Positions 24,650 to 38,498 of a stretch of DNA of 64,000 bases are shown here, piece after piece. The notes beneath the pieces were generated by a model. That model ran no database searches. It was not told the origin of the DNA and worked only from the letters and a program-made list of their open reading frames with translations. The stretch is taken from NCBI GenBank assembly GCA_028534125.1, contig CM052818.1, positions 24,616,001-24,680,000 of the forward strand, in the 5' to 3' direction. Positions within the stretch are counted from its first letter, which is position 1, and every line of letters starts with the position of its first letter. This DNA is from Lama glama (taxonomy: Eukaryota). Position numbers and translations under genes: made by a program.

Positions 24650-25000
24650 CACACATTGTCTCAAGTCAAGCAGCTCACCTGCTAGTTGAAAAGACAGACA
24701 TGTGAGCAGTTAAATTACAGTGTAAATGGTAGAAGTACTATTCCAGAGCTAGGAAGTGAGAGAATGGAGGACAAAACAGCTAACGGCTGGGGGCACTCAG
24801 TGAGAGCTGCATTAAGTCACTGACATTTAGGCCAGCAGTTGAGGGATAAGGACACATTCTCAGCAAAACAAGGGGCAAAGAATATGCACCAAGTACCTAA
24901 TCTGACCCTTCTGCCCTGTTCAAGGAACGGCCAGAAGTTCAGTGGTGCAGAGGACTGGGTGATGAGATGTGGTGAGAAAAGCCCATCACTTAAACCGTAG
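24650..25000 (-). mobile_element. L2 fragment
   Basis: agctcacctgctagttgaaaagacagacatgtgagcagttaaattacagtg and the purine-rich tract after it fit antisense L2. Confidence 0.6.
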
Positions 25001-26069
25001 CAGGTGGGCTAGGCCAAGAACTAAACAGAACGGCGTATGCGGCACAGAGTGAAGGGGGGGAGGGTAAAGCGCAGGGTCCAGTTCAAATCCAGTCAAGATG
25101 CAGCCCAGGGCTGATTCTATGCCTCTGCAGAGCCGGCGAGTTGTTTAAATGCCCAGAAAATTGTACCCAGATGTTTTGACATGAGGATCTCATTTCCCAG
25201 GAAGTCAATTAGACACATTTGCTGCTTATCCATGGAGCTCTGGTCTCTGCCAGATTATTATGCACTCCAGGGGGATGTGCTTTTCAACCCGGCCGTGTCT
25301 CCCTAGTGTAACTGTCATGTATGTGTCTGGAGCTAATTGATGCTTCCTTGCTTTTTAATAATGAGTCAGGTGGTGGTAATAGAACAGAAAAAAAAAAACC
25401 TAGGCTAAGTTTCATTTAATGACTATTTGGGTGATGAAAATTAATAGCAGAAGACTCCAAGCATAACCTGTTGTGACGTTGTGTGTGAAAAGGAGGAGGG
25501 CTGAGACGGGTCTACCTGTGAGTCCCACAGCTGCATCTCCCACTGAGTGGGGAGGGTCGGGCGAGGAAGGCACGCCGGCTGTGATCTGAGCCCGTTTCAG
25601 TTCCCTTGAGAAAGACACTGGGTAATGCTCAGTAGAGCAGACAAACCTGTCTTGGAACATTCCTTTCTCATTTTCTGCACCCTTTCTCCACTTCTGGCAC
25701 TTCTTCCTCTCCAGGTATTTTCAAGTGGCCTCATTTTGCCAAGCTCCCCACCAAAGAATTGCACATGGCCTGTCCAACCAGGAGAATCCTCTGAGTACCA
25801 CCTTGATCTATCACGTCCAACATGAAATGTTCATGGAGGACTCCAGCAAATGAATGCCAGCTCTACCACAGGCCCAGAAACCTCTGGAACAAAGGTTTAG
25901 ATCACTTCAGTAGCCAAAGAAACCGAATCTGCTGAAGCCCGGGCAAGAGACAAAGAGAATATAGAATGAGTAATATCAGAGGACATTCATTAATACCAGC
26001 TACACCCTTGCAAGTAGTTAGGAAATAATTATTTTAGTTTCTACATGTAGTCTTCCTGCTGATTTATAT

Positions 26070-26440
26070 TTACCACTCAAGCCAGGGCCTTTCCAGACAC
26101 TTTTATTCAACAGACCTTTACATCTGCCCTTAGACGTCTCACAGGCATCTTAAACTTAACACATCTAAAAACAGACTCTTTATCTGCCCCAGTTTCTCCA
26201 TCTCAATAAATGGCAACTTAGAACTTTCCATTTGCTCTGATCCAAAACCATGACATCATTCTTTATTCCACTCTTTTTCTCACACTTCACATTTAATCCA
26301 TTAGCAAATACAGTTGGCATTCTACCTCCTAGGTAAGACCAAAGTATGATTATTTCTCATCACCTCCACTGCGATCTCTCTGGCTCAAGCCACCATCATC
26401 TCCCCATTAACCACTGGCAGCCCCTGAGAGGTTCTTGCAT
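26070..26440 (+). mobile_element. L2 fragment
   Basis: gtctcacaggcatcttaaacttaacacatctaaaa...tccatctcaataaatggca...caagccaccatcatctc. Confidence 0.8.
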
Positions 26441-26449
26441 TCAGGCTAA

Positions 26450-26620
26450 GAGGTAATTTTTATTGAGCTCTTATTAAGTGCCAGCCACTGTTCTAAGTTC
26501 ACAAATGTTAACTCATTTGATCCTTGTAACAACTTCATGGAGTCAGCACTATATGTATCTCTAAGTCTCCAAAGGAGGAAACTGAAGTATGAGGCAGTAA
26601 TCATCTTGTCTAAGTTCTCA
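26450..26620 (-). mobile_element. MIR
   Basis: tttattgagctcttattaagtgccagccactgttctaag...aactcatttgatcct...gaggaaactgaag. Confidence 0.8.
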
Positions 26621-27999
26621 GCCCCGCTCTGGTTACTGTTTGTCTTAAGGTCTGATTGGCTGCCTCTTCCCCTGATGCTGGGCACCATCAGTATCCTTCC
26701 AATAAGTTATTTAAAATTTTTTGTTGTTTATTTTTATTTTTTCCCAACAAGCTATTATTGGTAAAAATAACTCTTGCTTCTAAAGAACCACCATATGCTG
26801 GTCTTACCCATCAGAACGTCCTCCCCCATTTTTTTTTAACCTTTATGATCAACATCTGATTAATTAGTGTTTGTAACTGGTAAATAGTCTATGCATATGT
26901 GCCTGAGACCTCAGAGGAAAAACTGCATTTTCATAGAAGCCTCCTACGTATACAATCCGTTAAGCCTAGAGGAATGAATAATTAATTGCAAAATTTCCTG
27001 GCACCATGATTAGTTCATGATGGAGCTTTTGTTTTGGGGGGAGGTGGCGATATCTGCTCATAGACGATTTCCCTGAAGTCACGTCTCATCAGTGATCCCT
27101 GACCATAGCGATAGCCCCTGAGTTTAGCCTGAAGCCTCAAGGAAAGATTTAACAGTCCCTCCATTGCCTCTCAAACCCCGATTTTTCTGAAAACCCATCT
27201 GCTGGTAAAGTTCCATGTTGTCTTCAAAGAGGATTTAGAATGTCAGGTTAAGATATCTGGCAAACTAATAAAAACATAAGGAAAAATAATCTCCTTCTCT
27301 TATCAGCCCTCCCATTTCTTTCCTATTTCTCTCTTTCCAATCTCCCTCCCCGACCCCACCCTGTCATTTCTAAGAGGCTAAAAGGAGCTCCGCAGATCAT
27401 ACTCAAGAGATTTTTGTGGTTTCCATTCTTTCAAATGCTCCAAAGGTAACAGTCGAGATGTACATTAAGCAGAGTTGATTTGTTAAATGTGGCCAATACT
27501 TTCCTTGCATAAGAAAAACATTAAAATGGCCTTTGGAGCCAATTCCTTTAGAGCTGTTTTTACACAGTTTAACATAAGGACAAATTTGCCAACTGCCAAT
27601 GAAACCAGCAGTAAAAACCAAACCCTCGGGAAATGATTTAATCTAAACCACACTCAAAATGGATAGACTCATCAAGTCGACTTTTCAAAAACTAACACTT
27701 CCTAACAGCATACAAAGGGACAGAAGGTGCCTTATGTTAGTAATCCCTGGACAAACTCAGCGTTCTTCCAGATCCAATTATATCCAAGGTCAGAATAGTC
27801 AGTACGAGCAGTAATCACACAAGAAGTCAAATCTTGATTATGAACACAAAACAGACATCACATTTCCAACCCCTGTGTCCATCTCAGCTTCATACTCTAC
27901 AAACTGGCAAAATGAGAACTCAGAAATCAAATAGAGAGAGGGAGAAACAACAAAAGGAACACACAGTCCTTATCACATCTGTTTAATGGGGGGGAGGGT

Positions 28000-30900
28000 G
28001 TCAATTTTTCATATTGATGAATAGTTGTTACATCCATCTTTTAAATCAGCAAAGATTCCCGCTCTCTGTGCTGGGAAAACCACGAGGAATCAGAGTCTCA
28101 ACTCATGCTCGTGTGGAATCAGGCACTAGGGACAGTTTTAAAGGTGTGGAAAGTACCATAAGAAGAGCAGCAGAGAGAGCTTCTGAAGCACATCAATGGG
28201 AAAAGTTATCTGGAGGTCAGAGCCGGCTCGTCTGAGGAAGCGACAGCAAGTACCAAACGTGGAGAATTAACAGGGGTCAGTGAAGCAGAAGAGCGTGGTG
28301 TAGGAAAGAGCACATTCACGTGTCTGGAGAAAGAGGAAAGGAAAGATGCTCAGGAGGCAGCCAAAGGGCTACATGCAAACAGTGTGCAGTGAGGTTGGGA
28401 AGGCAAGCAGAGGCAAAGGGTTGCTTAAGTAAGCTTGGGATTTAATTTTAGGAGCAAATATATGCCACTGGAGGCATTTAAGCTATCACAAAAGAAGGGG
28501 TAATACAACTAGACTTACAGTTTACAAAGAATACTTTGTGTGTGGACTGGAGGCTGGATTTGAGAAAGACAAGAGTAACTAAATTAATTCACTCACTAAA
28601 TACCTATTGTACAACTACTGATGACAGTACTTACCTGGGTGCTAAGGATATAGAGGCAAAAGAGAGAAGGAAAAGGTGAACAGTAGGAACATCAGACAGG
28701 AGATGAATATGGTAGTCCAGGTGAGAAGCAAGGTGCATGGATTAGGATGCTGACCGTATGAAGAGCTGAGAGATTTACGGGAGACCTTCTACATGATTAG
28801 TGATAATGCAGTACTAGAGACGAGCAGAGACAAACGAGAAGTCACAGATGAGTACCAAACCTTTGTCTTGAGCCATTGATAGAAATGCAATTAAAAAACA
28901 AACCAACCTGAGGGATAAGTAAGTTTGTGGAAGGTGTTGACAAATTTAGTCTTGGACATATTTCCAAAAGATCTTAAGGTGTATTGAAACATCCAAGTGG
29001 AGCAATCAAATAAGAAGATTTACTTGAGTAAGTGGGGCTTGGCTGGGGTCAGAGATGGATTTGGGTAGTCATAGAAACCATGGACATAGATGAGACGGGC
29101 TAGGAGGAGCGTAGCAAGTGAAAAATAGAGCCCTGAGGAATTCCAACATTTACAGGCTACTTAGAAGAGTTGATAAAGAAGTCTGAAAGCCATAATAAGT
29201 GGAGTTTTGAGAAGGAAGAGTGGTCAATGGTGACAGATGTTTCCATGAAGTCAAAGAAGGACTGAAAATTGTCCATTACATTAATATGAAGGTCACTGGC
29301 AACTTGGATGGAAGCAGTTAGAGTGCAGTGAAGGAGGAAGAACCACACTACAATGGGTGGAGGAATGAACCTGAGATTGGAAAATAAGAGATGGTCAGTG
29401 AGAACAACTCCTGTATGAAGTAACTGGAAAGGGACAGCAGGTAAAGCAGGCAACCAAGATGCGATTTGGTCCAAGTGAAAAAAACGTGGGGATTCTTATC
29501 CTAGTGAGGGATGTCCAGCCAAAAACTGCAATATGAAAGATGCCCAGAGAGGGGTATACCCAGGCTCCCTTCCAAAGCTCATTACCACCCCCTGCAAAGA
29601 TCTGGTTAATTGTACCAGTTTCTCCCTCTCATCTCTACTCCATCTACTCGCTTTCTGTTTTTTCAAATAAGAGAAAACGGAGAATCTTTAAAAGCTGATT
29701 GGAATAAGACAGTAGATTTGGAGAAATTAAAGTTCCTGGAATTAAGAGGGATTTAACAAAAAGATGAGCTCCTGAAAAATGAGGGAGGTGTGGAATTTAA
29801 AACACAGTGTAGGAATTGGACTTTTATAAAAGGAGAATAAATGACAGCAGGAGTTAGGGAAGAAAATTTGATTTAAGCAGCTAGAATTGTGAATTTGGTA
29901 GCACTAAGTTGAGCAAGTTCCTGTCTGATCATGTCTATTTTCTGCATAAAAGAGGAGCCAGTTCCATCAGCTTAACTGAAGGAGGATATATTTAGTTTGG
30001 ATGTTTTCAACAGTAGGACAGTCTGAAATGGAAGACTCAACTGAGAGATGTCTGGGTAGTGTCACACACTCAGGTTGGGATGATGACCATGAATCTAAGA
30101 CAGCATCAAGAAACATCCAGTAAGTCAGACGAAGGCACACGAGACAGTGGGTGGCGGGATTTATGCAGGGTTTAGGGTTTCTCCAGGTGGGTGCAATGAA
30201 CATAAGGCATAGGAGGTGAGGTTATCAGAAGAGAGGAGTTTGAAATTATAGAATATTGCATATAAGCTGGATAAAAGTGACAGAAGGGCAAGAGGTAAGG
30301 GAATCAACGAATGAGAAGTCCTGATTGTGGAATAAGAGGGGTCATGAGAATAATTAAGTCAGGAAGCTCCAAGCAATGAGCCTAAAGTATGATTTTGGAG
30401 CAAGTTTGGCAGATGACAGGTTCCATTAGGGCTGTGTGAGGGTAAAATCAAATGGAGGAAGAGGTCCTTGGAGAGAAAGAAACTGAGAGGCCAAGGTGTT
30501 GGATGGGTTGCTTACAGACCATGAAACTCCCCCTGGATGATGTCTGGACTTTGACAGCAGAGGTGAACCACCATCAGGACTGAACACTTAGGGAGGAGGA
30601 GTCCCTGGGTGGTCAGCAGATAACGGCAAAGAGGAGACATAAGACGGTGATGGACCAAAACTCATGAGCCTCCAAGAAGCAAGATGGCGAGACCAGAATC
30701 TGGCAGCCTTTGGGAATGAAATCACCCCAGCCAAACTCAGAGCCTGGATCAGCAGCAGGACTGTTGCAGAATGAGCCCCAGGGGAAAGAGTATACACAGG
30801 TGGGTCCCAGGTTTCTGCTAAAACCAGAGGGTGTAGAGAGAATCAAATAAATAGCACAAAGACATAGGGGAGTTTGTTCATCAGTGAACGGGAATCCTGC
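28000..30900 (-). mobile_element. Long, fragmented L2 (several pieces)
   Basis: Purine-rich tract with antisense L2 motifs: tttagtcttggacat, gaaacatccaagtggag, gagccctgaggaattccaacattta, gaaggtcactggcaacttgg, gaggccaaggtgttggatgg. Confidence 0.7.
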
Positions 30901-31671
30901 GTGGCAAATGGAAGGGGACAAGGAGAGAAACTTGAGTGGAGGGTTACATCGGGGGAGAGGAAGCCCGAAAAAAACCACAGGAAAGGGCAGCTATAAAGCA
31001 GGAACAGAGACACGCAGCATGGAGGAAGAGTAATGACTTGATGCCCTCCAACCCTATTCCTTGTGTCTGTTCAACGTGTACTTAAAGAGACTGGGGGAGT
31101 CTGACTTTCTATTGATAAAAAGCACCTGTGTTTTTAAGTTCAAAATATGGGAAGCATTACTTGCACTAAGCGTGTGGAAGGATGATTTCCGAGATACAGA
31201 GTTTCTGTTTTCCTCTCCTCCCCCTGCCCCTGTGAACCTGACTGAGGGGCTCCTGCTAGAACATTTCCTACATTTCTGGCCCCTTTACTCTCTCCTCCCC
31301 AAGGGAGAGGACACGTCTAACTGGTGAACTTGGGAGATGTCACAGCATGTCCTGGGCTCAGCAGCTTCCAAGTCTCCCCACTCTGCTTCTTCCCGCCCTC
31401 AGGATGTGCACATTACCTGCTCTCTGCCAAGGGGAATGCCCCCTGGAGAAGGTCCCTGGAGAACCAGTTAGCAGAGCTCTGCCAGCAGCTGGCTGCCTAA
31501 GACTCTCTACCTCAGGGGGAAAGTGTCAGGGAATCCACAATAAGCACAAATAAAAAGCCACTTTCTCAAATCACCTTTCTCAGGAGTCAAGCTACCATTT
31601 TTTTAAATCTCCATTCTTCTGTGCCCTGTGTCTCATTTCTCAGAAGACTCCAAACTCAGAACAAACATAAA

Positions 31672-31812
31672 TAGATTCTATCTTATTCTCCTACTGCTAA
31701 CACACAAAATACCACAAACCTAGTGACTTCAAACACCGCCAGTTCATCATTTGACAGCTCTGTGGTTCACAGGGTCCAGGGATGAGGATGTGGATCTTAG
31801 GGGGCCACAGGT
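31672..31812 (-). mobile_element. MaLR (MLT1) LTR fragment
   Basis: ctgctaacacacaaaataccacaaacctagtgacttcaaaca...ggggatgaggatgtggatcttagggggcca. Confidence 0.6.
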
Positions 31813-34800
31813 TATAGGTTGCCTGATACTGCACTTGTGGGCTCAGAGCCTCCTCCCTTGAGAGACTGGGGGAGGGTAGGAAGTACCGTCAGCTGTGCTA
31901 CCCAATCCTTCCCAGATTTTGTTTCCAAAAGCCTAAAGCCACTCTAGAGATTTTGCTAGGTGACTTGGAAATTTAAAGGGAAAGAGGACTTGGAGGGAAA
32001 CTTGAAGACAGAGGACTTCCTCCAAACTAACAGGAGGTTTCAGGAGCTTAGAAAGTGGAGAGAAAGGTCGTGGAGTCAGCTGGGCATCTTCATTCACTGT
32101 GAATGTGGAGGAAGCAATGACCAGGTGCGCCCCAGGGAGGGGGAGGGTGGGACCTCAGCGCCCGGGTTCCCAGACCTACAAAAGATCTCTCTTCCCATAA
32201 GGGGCCAGAGAACCAGCAGACTTCACCACGGAGTCACTGTGGCTTGACCAGTGAGATCAAGAGCCCTTCTCCGATTTTCTGAATCATCATTGGAGAGATT
32301 TACTCAAAATGAGCTCCTTCCTCCACGTTAGCAAAATTTCCTGTTTTGTCCATGATTTTGCCTTCCCCTCTCCCTCCTTCTTCTACAGTTTTCCTTCATG
32401 ATTTTCTAAACCAGACAATTTCTTGGAGATCATATTAAATTATTTGAATTTTAAATAATACATCACTCATTTTCAGTACATGGAGCAACGCCACACATTG
32501 TTTCGGTCTTCTAGCCAACTGAGACACAAGGTGCCAGCTGGCTGATCTTAAGGTGGATGGATATAAAATGCAGGCACAGAGAGGAGTTTAGAAGAGAGAA
32601 AAACATATATATATATATATTTTTTAATGTTTTCACTGAAGGTTATTCTCTGGGGACCCTAGCTAAAGTGAGGCAAGTTTACATTTCCTATAAGGAAGTC
32701 AGAGTTAACTAGCCCCACATTTCCAACTTTTCTCAGAATTCTGGCATGCCCCTTGATCTGGCTCGGCTGGAAAGTGCAGAATTCCAGCAAGGATTGGCTT
32801 TTGGAGGATGCCCGAGATAAACAGCGACATGCAGCAAGACAGCTGGGATGAGGGGAAGCCAGACTGCCCAGACTGCCCCTGTGGCTCCCAGTGGAGGACC
32901 TGGGGCTTCGAAATGCAGCAAGGGACTCCTCTGCCTCTTGGTTCGAAAAAGCAGTGGCAGGTGGATGGTTCAAAGGCGCGAACAGAAAACTGGATACCCT
33001 GCATGTGTGGGTAGGTGAGACTTCTCTCTGCTTTTCTGGACTGCAGGTCAGGCTCAGCCCTGAAGGTGAAAGCCCTGTGCTGGGCCAGCTGCTGGCTGCG
33101 AGACTCGGCACCGTTTAGATTTCTTCCCTCAAGTACTATTTGCTCGACTTTTGCTCCTAAAGATAATTCACTCTTTGTTCTTAGCTGATTCTGTGGTTAT
33201 TTATCAGATACTTATTTACTTATTTGTAGCTGTTCTATCTCTACCCCTTCCAGTCAGCACTTCACCTTCCCTTGGGGAGAACACCCCATGCCGTGGAGCC
33301 CTGACACCCACCTCCCCTAGCAGGCCCCTCCTTTGGAAGAGCACAGGACCTACGACCAGCCAATTGGAGGCTTGCTCCTGGGATTCAGAAGCTTAAGCAA
33401 CTGCAGCCAAGGCAGAAGGAAACTGAAGAGCAGCCGCATTTGGACTAACGTGGCTTTATAGCATGTCCCCAGCTGGGTACCTGGCCGCTCTGGCTCCAGG
33501 ACTCCTTCGGTTTCCTTCAAGTTGCCAGTCTCCGATCCTGAGTCTCTTATCACTTCATGGACTCCCTCCCAGGGTCCTGCTGGCAAATGTCCTTTTTTGT
33601 TAAGACAGCTTGCTTGCAGTCAGGAAACCTGACTACTGTATTTTTTTTTTTTAATAGAGCTGTTAGCCCATCAGTCAAGATAGTCAAGAAACAGCCCTTA
33701 ATCTTCACACTTATGCCAGTAAAATGTTGAGTTGGGATGGGGGTGGGGACAGAAGGAAGGTGAGTAGAAATCACTCACAACTTGGACTGGTTCTACGCAG
33801 CATTTCCATGAACAGTTTGATCTACTCCCAGCACAGATGAGAACAAGAATGGATGTACTGAGGACGAATGGTGAGAACCAGGCTGCTCCCTAGCATTCTT
33901 CTGTGTCAGTGACATCATTATTTGTGAGGACATATAGAGAATTCCCAGAACTTCAGATGCTGAAGTTCAAATTTAATCACCAAATTACATTCCAATACTA
34001 AACGTATTCTTTCTATAATATTAACCATTTTGACTTATCTCAGATAAACATACCCAATCAACTGTTCATTATCAGAATACCTAGGGACTGACAGTGGTAC
34101 GAACACTTGAAAAAAGTGCACTGGAAGAAAAAAAAAATCCGAAAAACATGTCAGAGATAACAAAAAGGAGCTGATATTACACTCAAATTCTTTGAGATTC
34201 TAAGGGCATCTGAGGCACCACAGACAGATCTCAGCTCACCTTCCTCCTCTTCTTTCACATGGATAAATAGGGCTGTGTTTACTCAAAATGTTTCATTTAT
34301 TTAATGAAAAGCAAGGTACTCTAAAAGCTTGAAAAAGCGTAGACCTGACAGAAAGTGACAGGTGTAACAACAGCTAGCAAAAGGTCCACAGAGGAAAGGT
34401 TAAGGGAAAAATTCAGTTGAGATGTTCTAGAGAAGACACATCTCCCAGAAGAGGTAATAAGAGCCATTTGCCAAATTAACCCAGCGATTACAGGTTTTCA
34501 ATTAAGCTGTGGTACACAGATGAAAAGTGAAACAGCACATCCATCAAGGAAGTGACATTGGTTTATTGGCTCCAAAAGTACGATGTGAACACTAAAACAG
34601 CTCTTTACTAACTGCAGAAAGATGAAACGAACATGTAAATGACAGCCAATACCGAGGAATTTTTGTAAATTAAATAGTCACAGGGACGGCTCAGTTACCA
34701 CATCCAACGCCCCATCCCTAAAGAGTCTGGGGAACCTGGAGCTTGAATCATTTAGTTGTACAACATTTACTTGTATCTTTGGTTTTAAAAAGAAAATTTT

Positions 34801-36699
34801 TATCTGGTGTCTGCAATGAATGAAATTATAAGAGTGGGACATCCAGTGTTTGCTATAAAAGAATTCTGAAACACAAGAAAATCCTGAAAAGAAAGGTCTA
34901 AGGAATCCAAGTTTATGACTTTGGGACAGTTTGGCACTAGCCATCATTAAGCAAGTTTCTTTCCTTTTGAGTGTTTTTCCTATATGTTATCTATTTTTAC
35001 CTCCCTCCCAAAATGGGGGGAAATGAAATATCAATATACACATCTGGAGGAAACTGGTCAAAGACTTGGCATTTCACCCTACCTCCTCCACCTTCTCGGC
35101 CATATCTGTTTGTGTTAGATTGACTTATATGTTGAATTAGAAATGTTAATTCATTTAAGCTGTGATCTGTCGACAACAGTCTGGAAACATACAACGGAAC
35201 ACAGATGCAGTATCCACTGTCGAAGGAAAACACACTGCCGAGTTTGATCTCTCCAGCCCATCCTTCTGTGGTTTATGTCCGAGATAAACAGAAACAGCCA
35301 CGTCTCTGAGAATAACCCTCGTCCTCAGAGGTCCTGTGCTGCTACTGAGCCTCCTCAAGGAGTCCAACTCCCTGCTCCCCAACCCCACGCTCACTGCCGA
35401 TTCACTCGGCTTCTGGGTCTTGCTGCCAGAGGAGCAGAAAGCCTTCAGGAAGGGACACTGGCCTCTGGCAGCAGCAGGCACTGTGGCCCTAGCTGGAGAC
35501 AGGCGGCCGGCAGCCCCGCACAGTAGAGCTGTGGGCGCTGTATCCTTCAGCCGCATCCCCACCGGAGCCGCCACCTGCCTGCCCCAGTGGACGGAACTGG
35601 CTGAGCCCACAGCCTTGGCTGGAGGCAGGCTCCTTGATTTCAAGTCAAAGGAAAGGCGAGAGAAGCAGCTCACTGAGTGAAGAATTAGGAAAGATTTGAG
35701 AGCGTCGCAGCCGAAACCAAAGTCCTAACTGCTTCAATATCTAGGAAGGGAAATTGCCAAGTTCTTGATAAGCAGTCATATCTTGAGTCCCCCAGAGAAA
35801 TGCTCTGAGATTTATAACTACGTATGTATAAAAGTCACCACCATTATCGCTTGTTAGCCACACTCATCTTAACACGGCTTTAAATATAGACCCTGATGTA
35901 ATTGCATTATATCATTCATTGGAATAGAAATGACATGGAAATGTTTTATGAACGAAACCTCTTATTTCATAATGATGACTGCTATCCAAATGCATCTGGG
36001 GTTCAGTCCTTTGACAGAGTTTTATAAAAATGTCCTTTTCAGCAGAAATCTCCTAGTAAGCTTGAATAGGAAATATTTTCTTTGTTTCAAATCCTGCTAA
36101 TTTAGAATTGCTCAGGGAAAAGAAAAACGCTTTTATTTTAAGTATCTTACTTTGTTCCCAAATGAGTTAAGGCAGCAAGGTAAAATAAATTAGAACTAAG
36201 TGCTGGAAAAACACCAAACAAACAAGAAGTAAAATTAAAAATGAATACAAAAGGATGTAACAGAGCCAGGAGTGAGGCTTCTCCGATTGCATTGTCTCGA
36301 CAGCCTGTGCCAATTAGCACGGAATGACCTTCCAACCCCTCATTTTAATAATTAATTATGTAGTGTCTCTGTGCCAGACACTCTCCATGGAACTTTCCCC
36401 TCCTTAACTTTCAGAGTAATGTCCTCTTACGATGGTCCCCTCTCTTCTATTAATTGGTTCCTAGTCCTTTTGCCATCCCTTAAATTGAGAAATCGTTTTT
36501 TGTTCTCTCAGTCTCTTTGCTTTTAACTTCTCTTCTCCAGTAAGTAATTCCTGAACACAAGAGCAAACTTTTTCCGAAATTTGAGCTCTGCATCTTGCAA
36601 AGGCCACAGGATGTTTCCACCTTAACGTCCTGCCAGTGCCGCAGACGTCCATGGCACAACTGCTCTGTGCTGACCCAGAGCCTGTTCTCCAGAGTGCAT

Positions 36700-36726
36700 G
36701 CACACACACACACACACACACACACA
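36700..36726. repeat. (CA)n microsatellite
   Basis: Direct inspection. Confidence 0.95.
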
Positions 36727-37319
36727 ACAGACACGCAACTAGCTCGTTGTCCCTTCACTTCACTAAGGTCCCCGCCGAACTTCCAACCACCCAGGCATTA
36801 AACCATAGAAGCATTTTGCCTCCAACCTCTTGTCTACCATCCCCATCACCCTTACAACCAGCACAGAGGCAGACAGAATCAAAGATGCACTGCCCCATAC
36901 ACTCACATGAAAGAAGCGAGACGGGCCTCTGTTTATAGAAAGATGACTTGGTGGGAAAAAAAAAAGTATCAGACTTTGGAAAAAAAAGGAGCAAAAATAG
37001 GCTCCTTTAGAAATAATAAGGAGACATAATCATGGCTGCAAAATGTTAAAATATTTATAAAACAGTATGACATGTAGCTTTGTGGCAACAAGTGTGAGCA
37101 ACTAAGGCCCGTATATGTGATTACTGCTCTCACTAAATAAACATACGCTGACCCAGCAAATAGCTTTCCCAAAGCTGTTCCTTTAGATGAGTAACTGGGT
37201 CTGAATAGAAACAAAGAACACAGACATTGCAACTGCTTGGGAGTACCTTCGATGTTTCTATTGATAGTTTTGTTTTAGGTTTTCAACATCATTAGGCATC
37301 ATAGCTGTCATCAAAAAGC

Positions 37320-37548
37320 TATTATTGCTTTTTGAACATTTATTATGTGTCAGATGGTATTCGAAGTACCTCACATTGGTTGTCTCCTTATAGCTCTAAA
37401 AGTAACGTACTGTTGTAGAGATGAAGAAACTGAAGCTTCATAAGATTAATTTTTTTAAGGTCAAACAGCTAGAAAGTAGCAGGGCAGGGAATGGAGCCTA
37501 CAAGTCCGATACCAGAGTTGGTCGTGTTCATTAGATTACAGCTCAACC
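37320..37548 (-). mobile_element. MIR
   Basis: tgtagagatgaagaaactgaagct...aaggtcaaacagctagaaagtagcagggcaggga. Confidence 0.75.
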
Positions 37549-37550
37549 AT

Positions 37551-37890
37551 TCACTTAGGATATGTTTTTGTTACAAAATAACCCCCAACTCTTAGTAGCC
37601 TAAAAATAGTTCCTATGTTTCCCAAGGAGATCACGAAGTCCAGTTCAGTGGAGCGATTCTCCAGGGCAACTGCTCCAGCAGGTGACCCTGCAGGGGCGGT
37701 CGCTCCCATCTCGCAACTGCTGCTGGCAGAGGGCACACCGGCTTGCCCGTACTTCAGCCTGGATGGGACGTGTGTCATTTCCGATCGTGGCCATAGCTCA
37801 TCACACAGCCGCATCCCAATTACAACGGGAGAGAGAGAACATTTCCAGAGCGCCTGAGGACAGGAAAATGAGATGGGATTTGGTGTCTCT
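37551..37890 (-). mobile_element. Old MaLR (MLT1-type) LTR
   Basis: ttaggatatgtttttgttacaaaataacccccaactcttagtagcctaaa...tgtgtcatttcc...ggccatagctcatcacacagcc. Confidence 0.55.
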
Positions 37891-38498
37891 GCCATCACGC
37901 TCTCGACCACTCAGCTTGAAAATCCTTGAGGAGGCCGTGTTACATGCAACATGTAACTTTATTCGACAGAATGCCTTTTAGGAAGAGCACTCACTGTCTG
38001 CACCTGGAAGAACTATCTCCTTCAGGAAATTTGGGGAGAACTTAAGACTCCCAAGGGCATGATCAAGTTCTGAAAACTCATTAGCAACTTGTAATGAAAT
38101 GAAAAAGAGAAACTTGTTCTTCTTAGAAGAACAATCAAGAACAGAGAATATATTTAACAACAAAACAGGCAACACCAGCCTGAAGGGTCAGTGCAGCCAA
38201 CGGAGCCCGTTCTCGCTGCCAGAGGAAAGGGGAGAGGTAGGAAGAGGGAAGTGAGGTAGGAGATGGTGTGAGACTGAAGGGCCATGTGATCGCTCCCTGT
38301 GACCCCAGGTTTTAATAACGGTGACCAGAGGAAATATTTAGAATAAGTGATTTTTGTTTTTTGAGGAAAATGGTGAAAGAGCACATCTTGGCCGATGTGA
38401 GCTGCATCAGAGGCAGCAGGTTCGACTCAGCAGCCAGGAGTCAAGGAGGCCGTGGAGGAAAAGTAATCCCCTAGGAATCAACGAAATCAAGAATTTAA

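Noticed and set aside
32659..33118. Stack of overlapping ORFs on both strands (up to 150 aa)
   Set aside because: No recognisable protein and no convincing splice-site pair; explained by GC content.
35155..35673. 172-aa minus-strand ORF containing GQCPFL (heme-regulatory-motif-like)
   Set aside because: Non-ATG start, no recognisable family beyond one short motif, and overlapping ORFs on the other strand as expected in GC-rich DNA.
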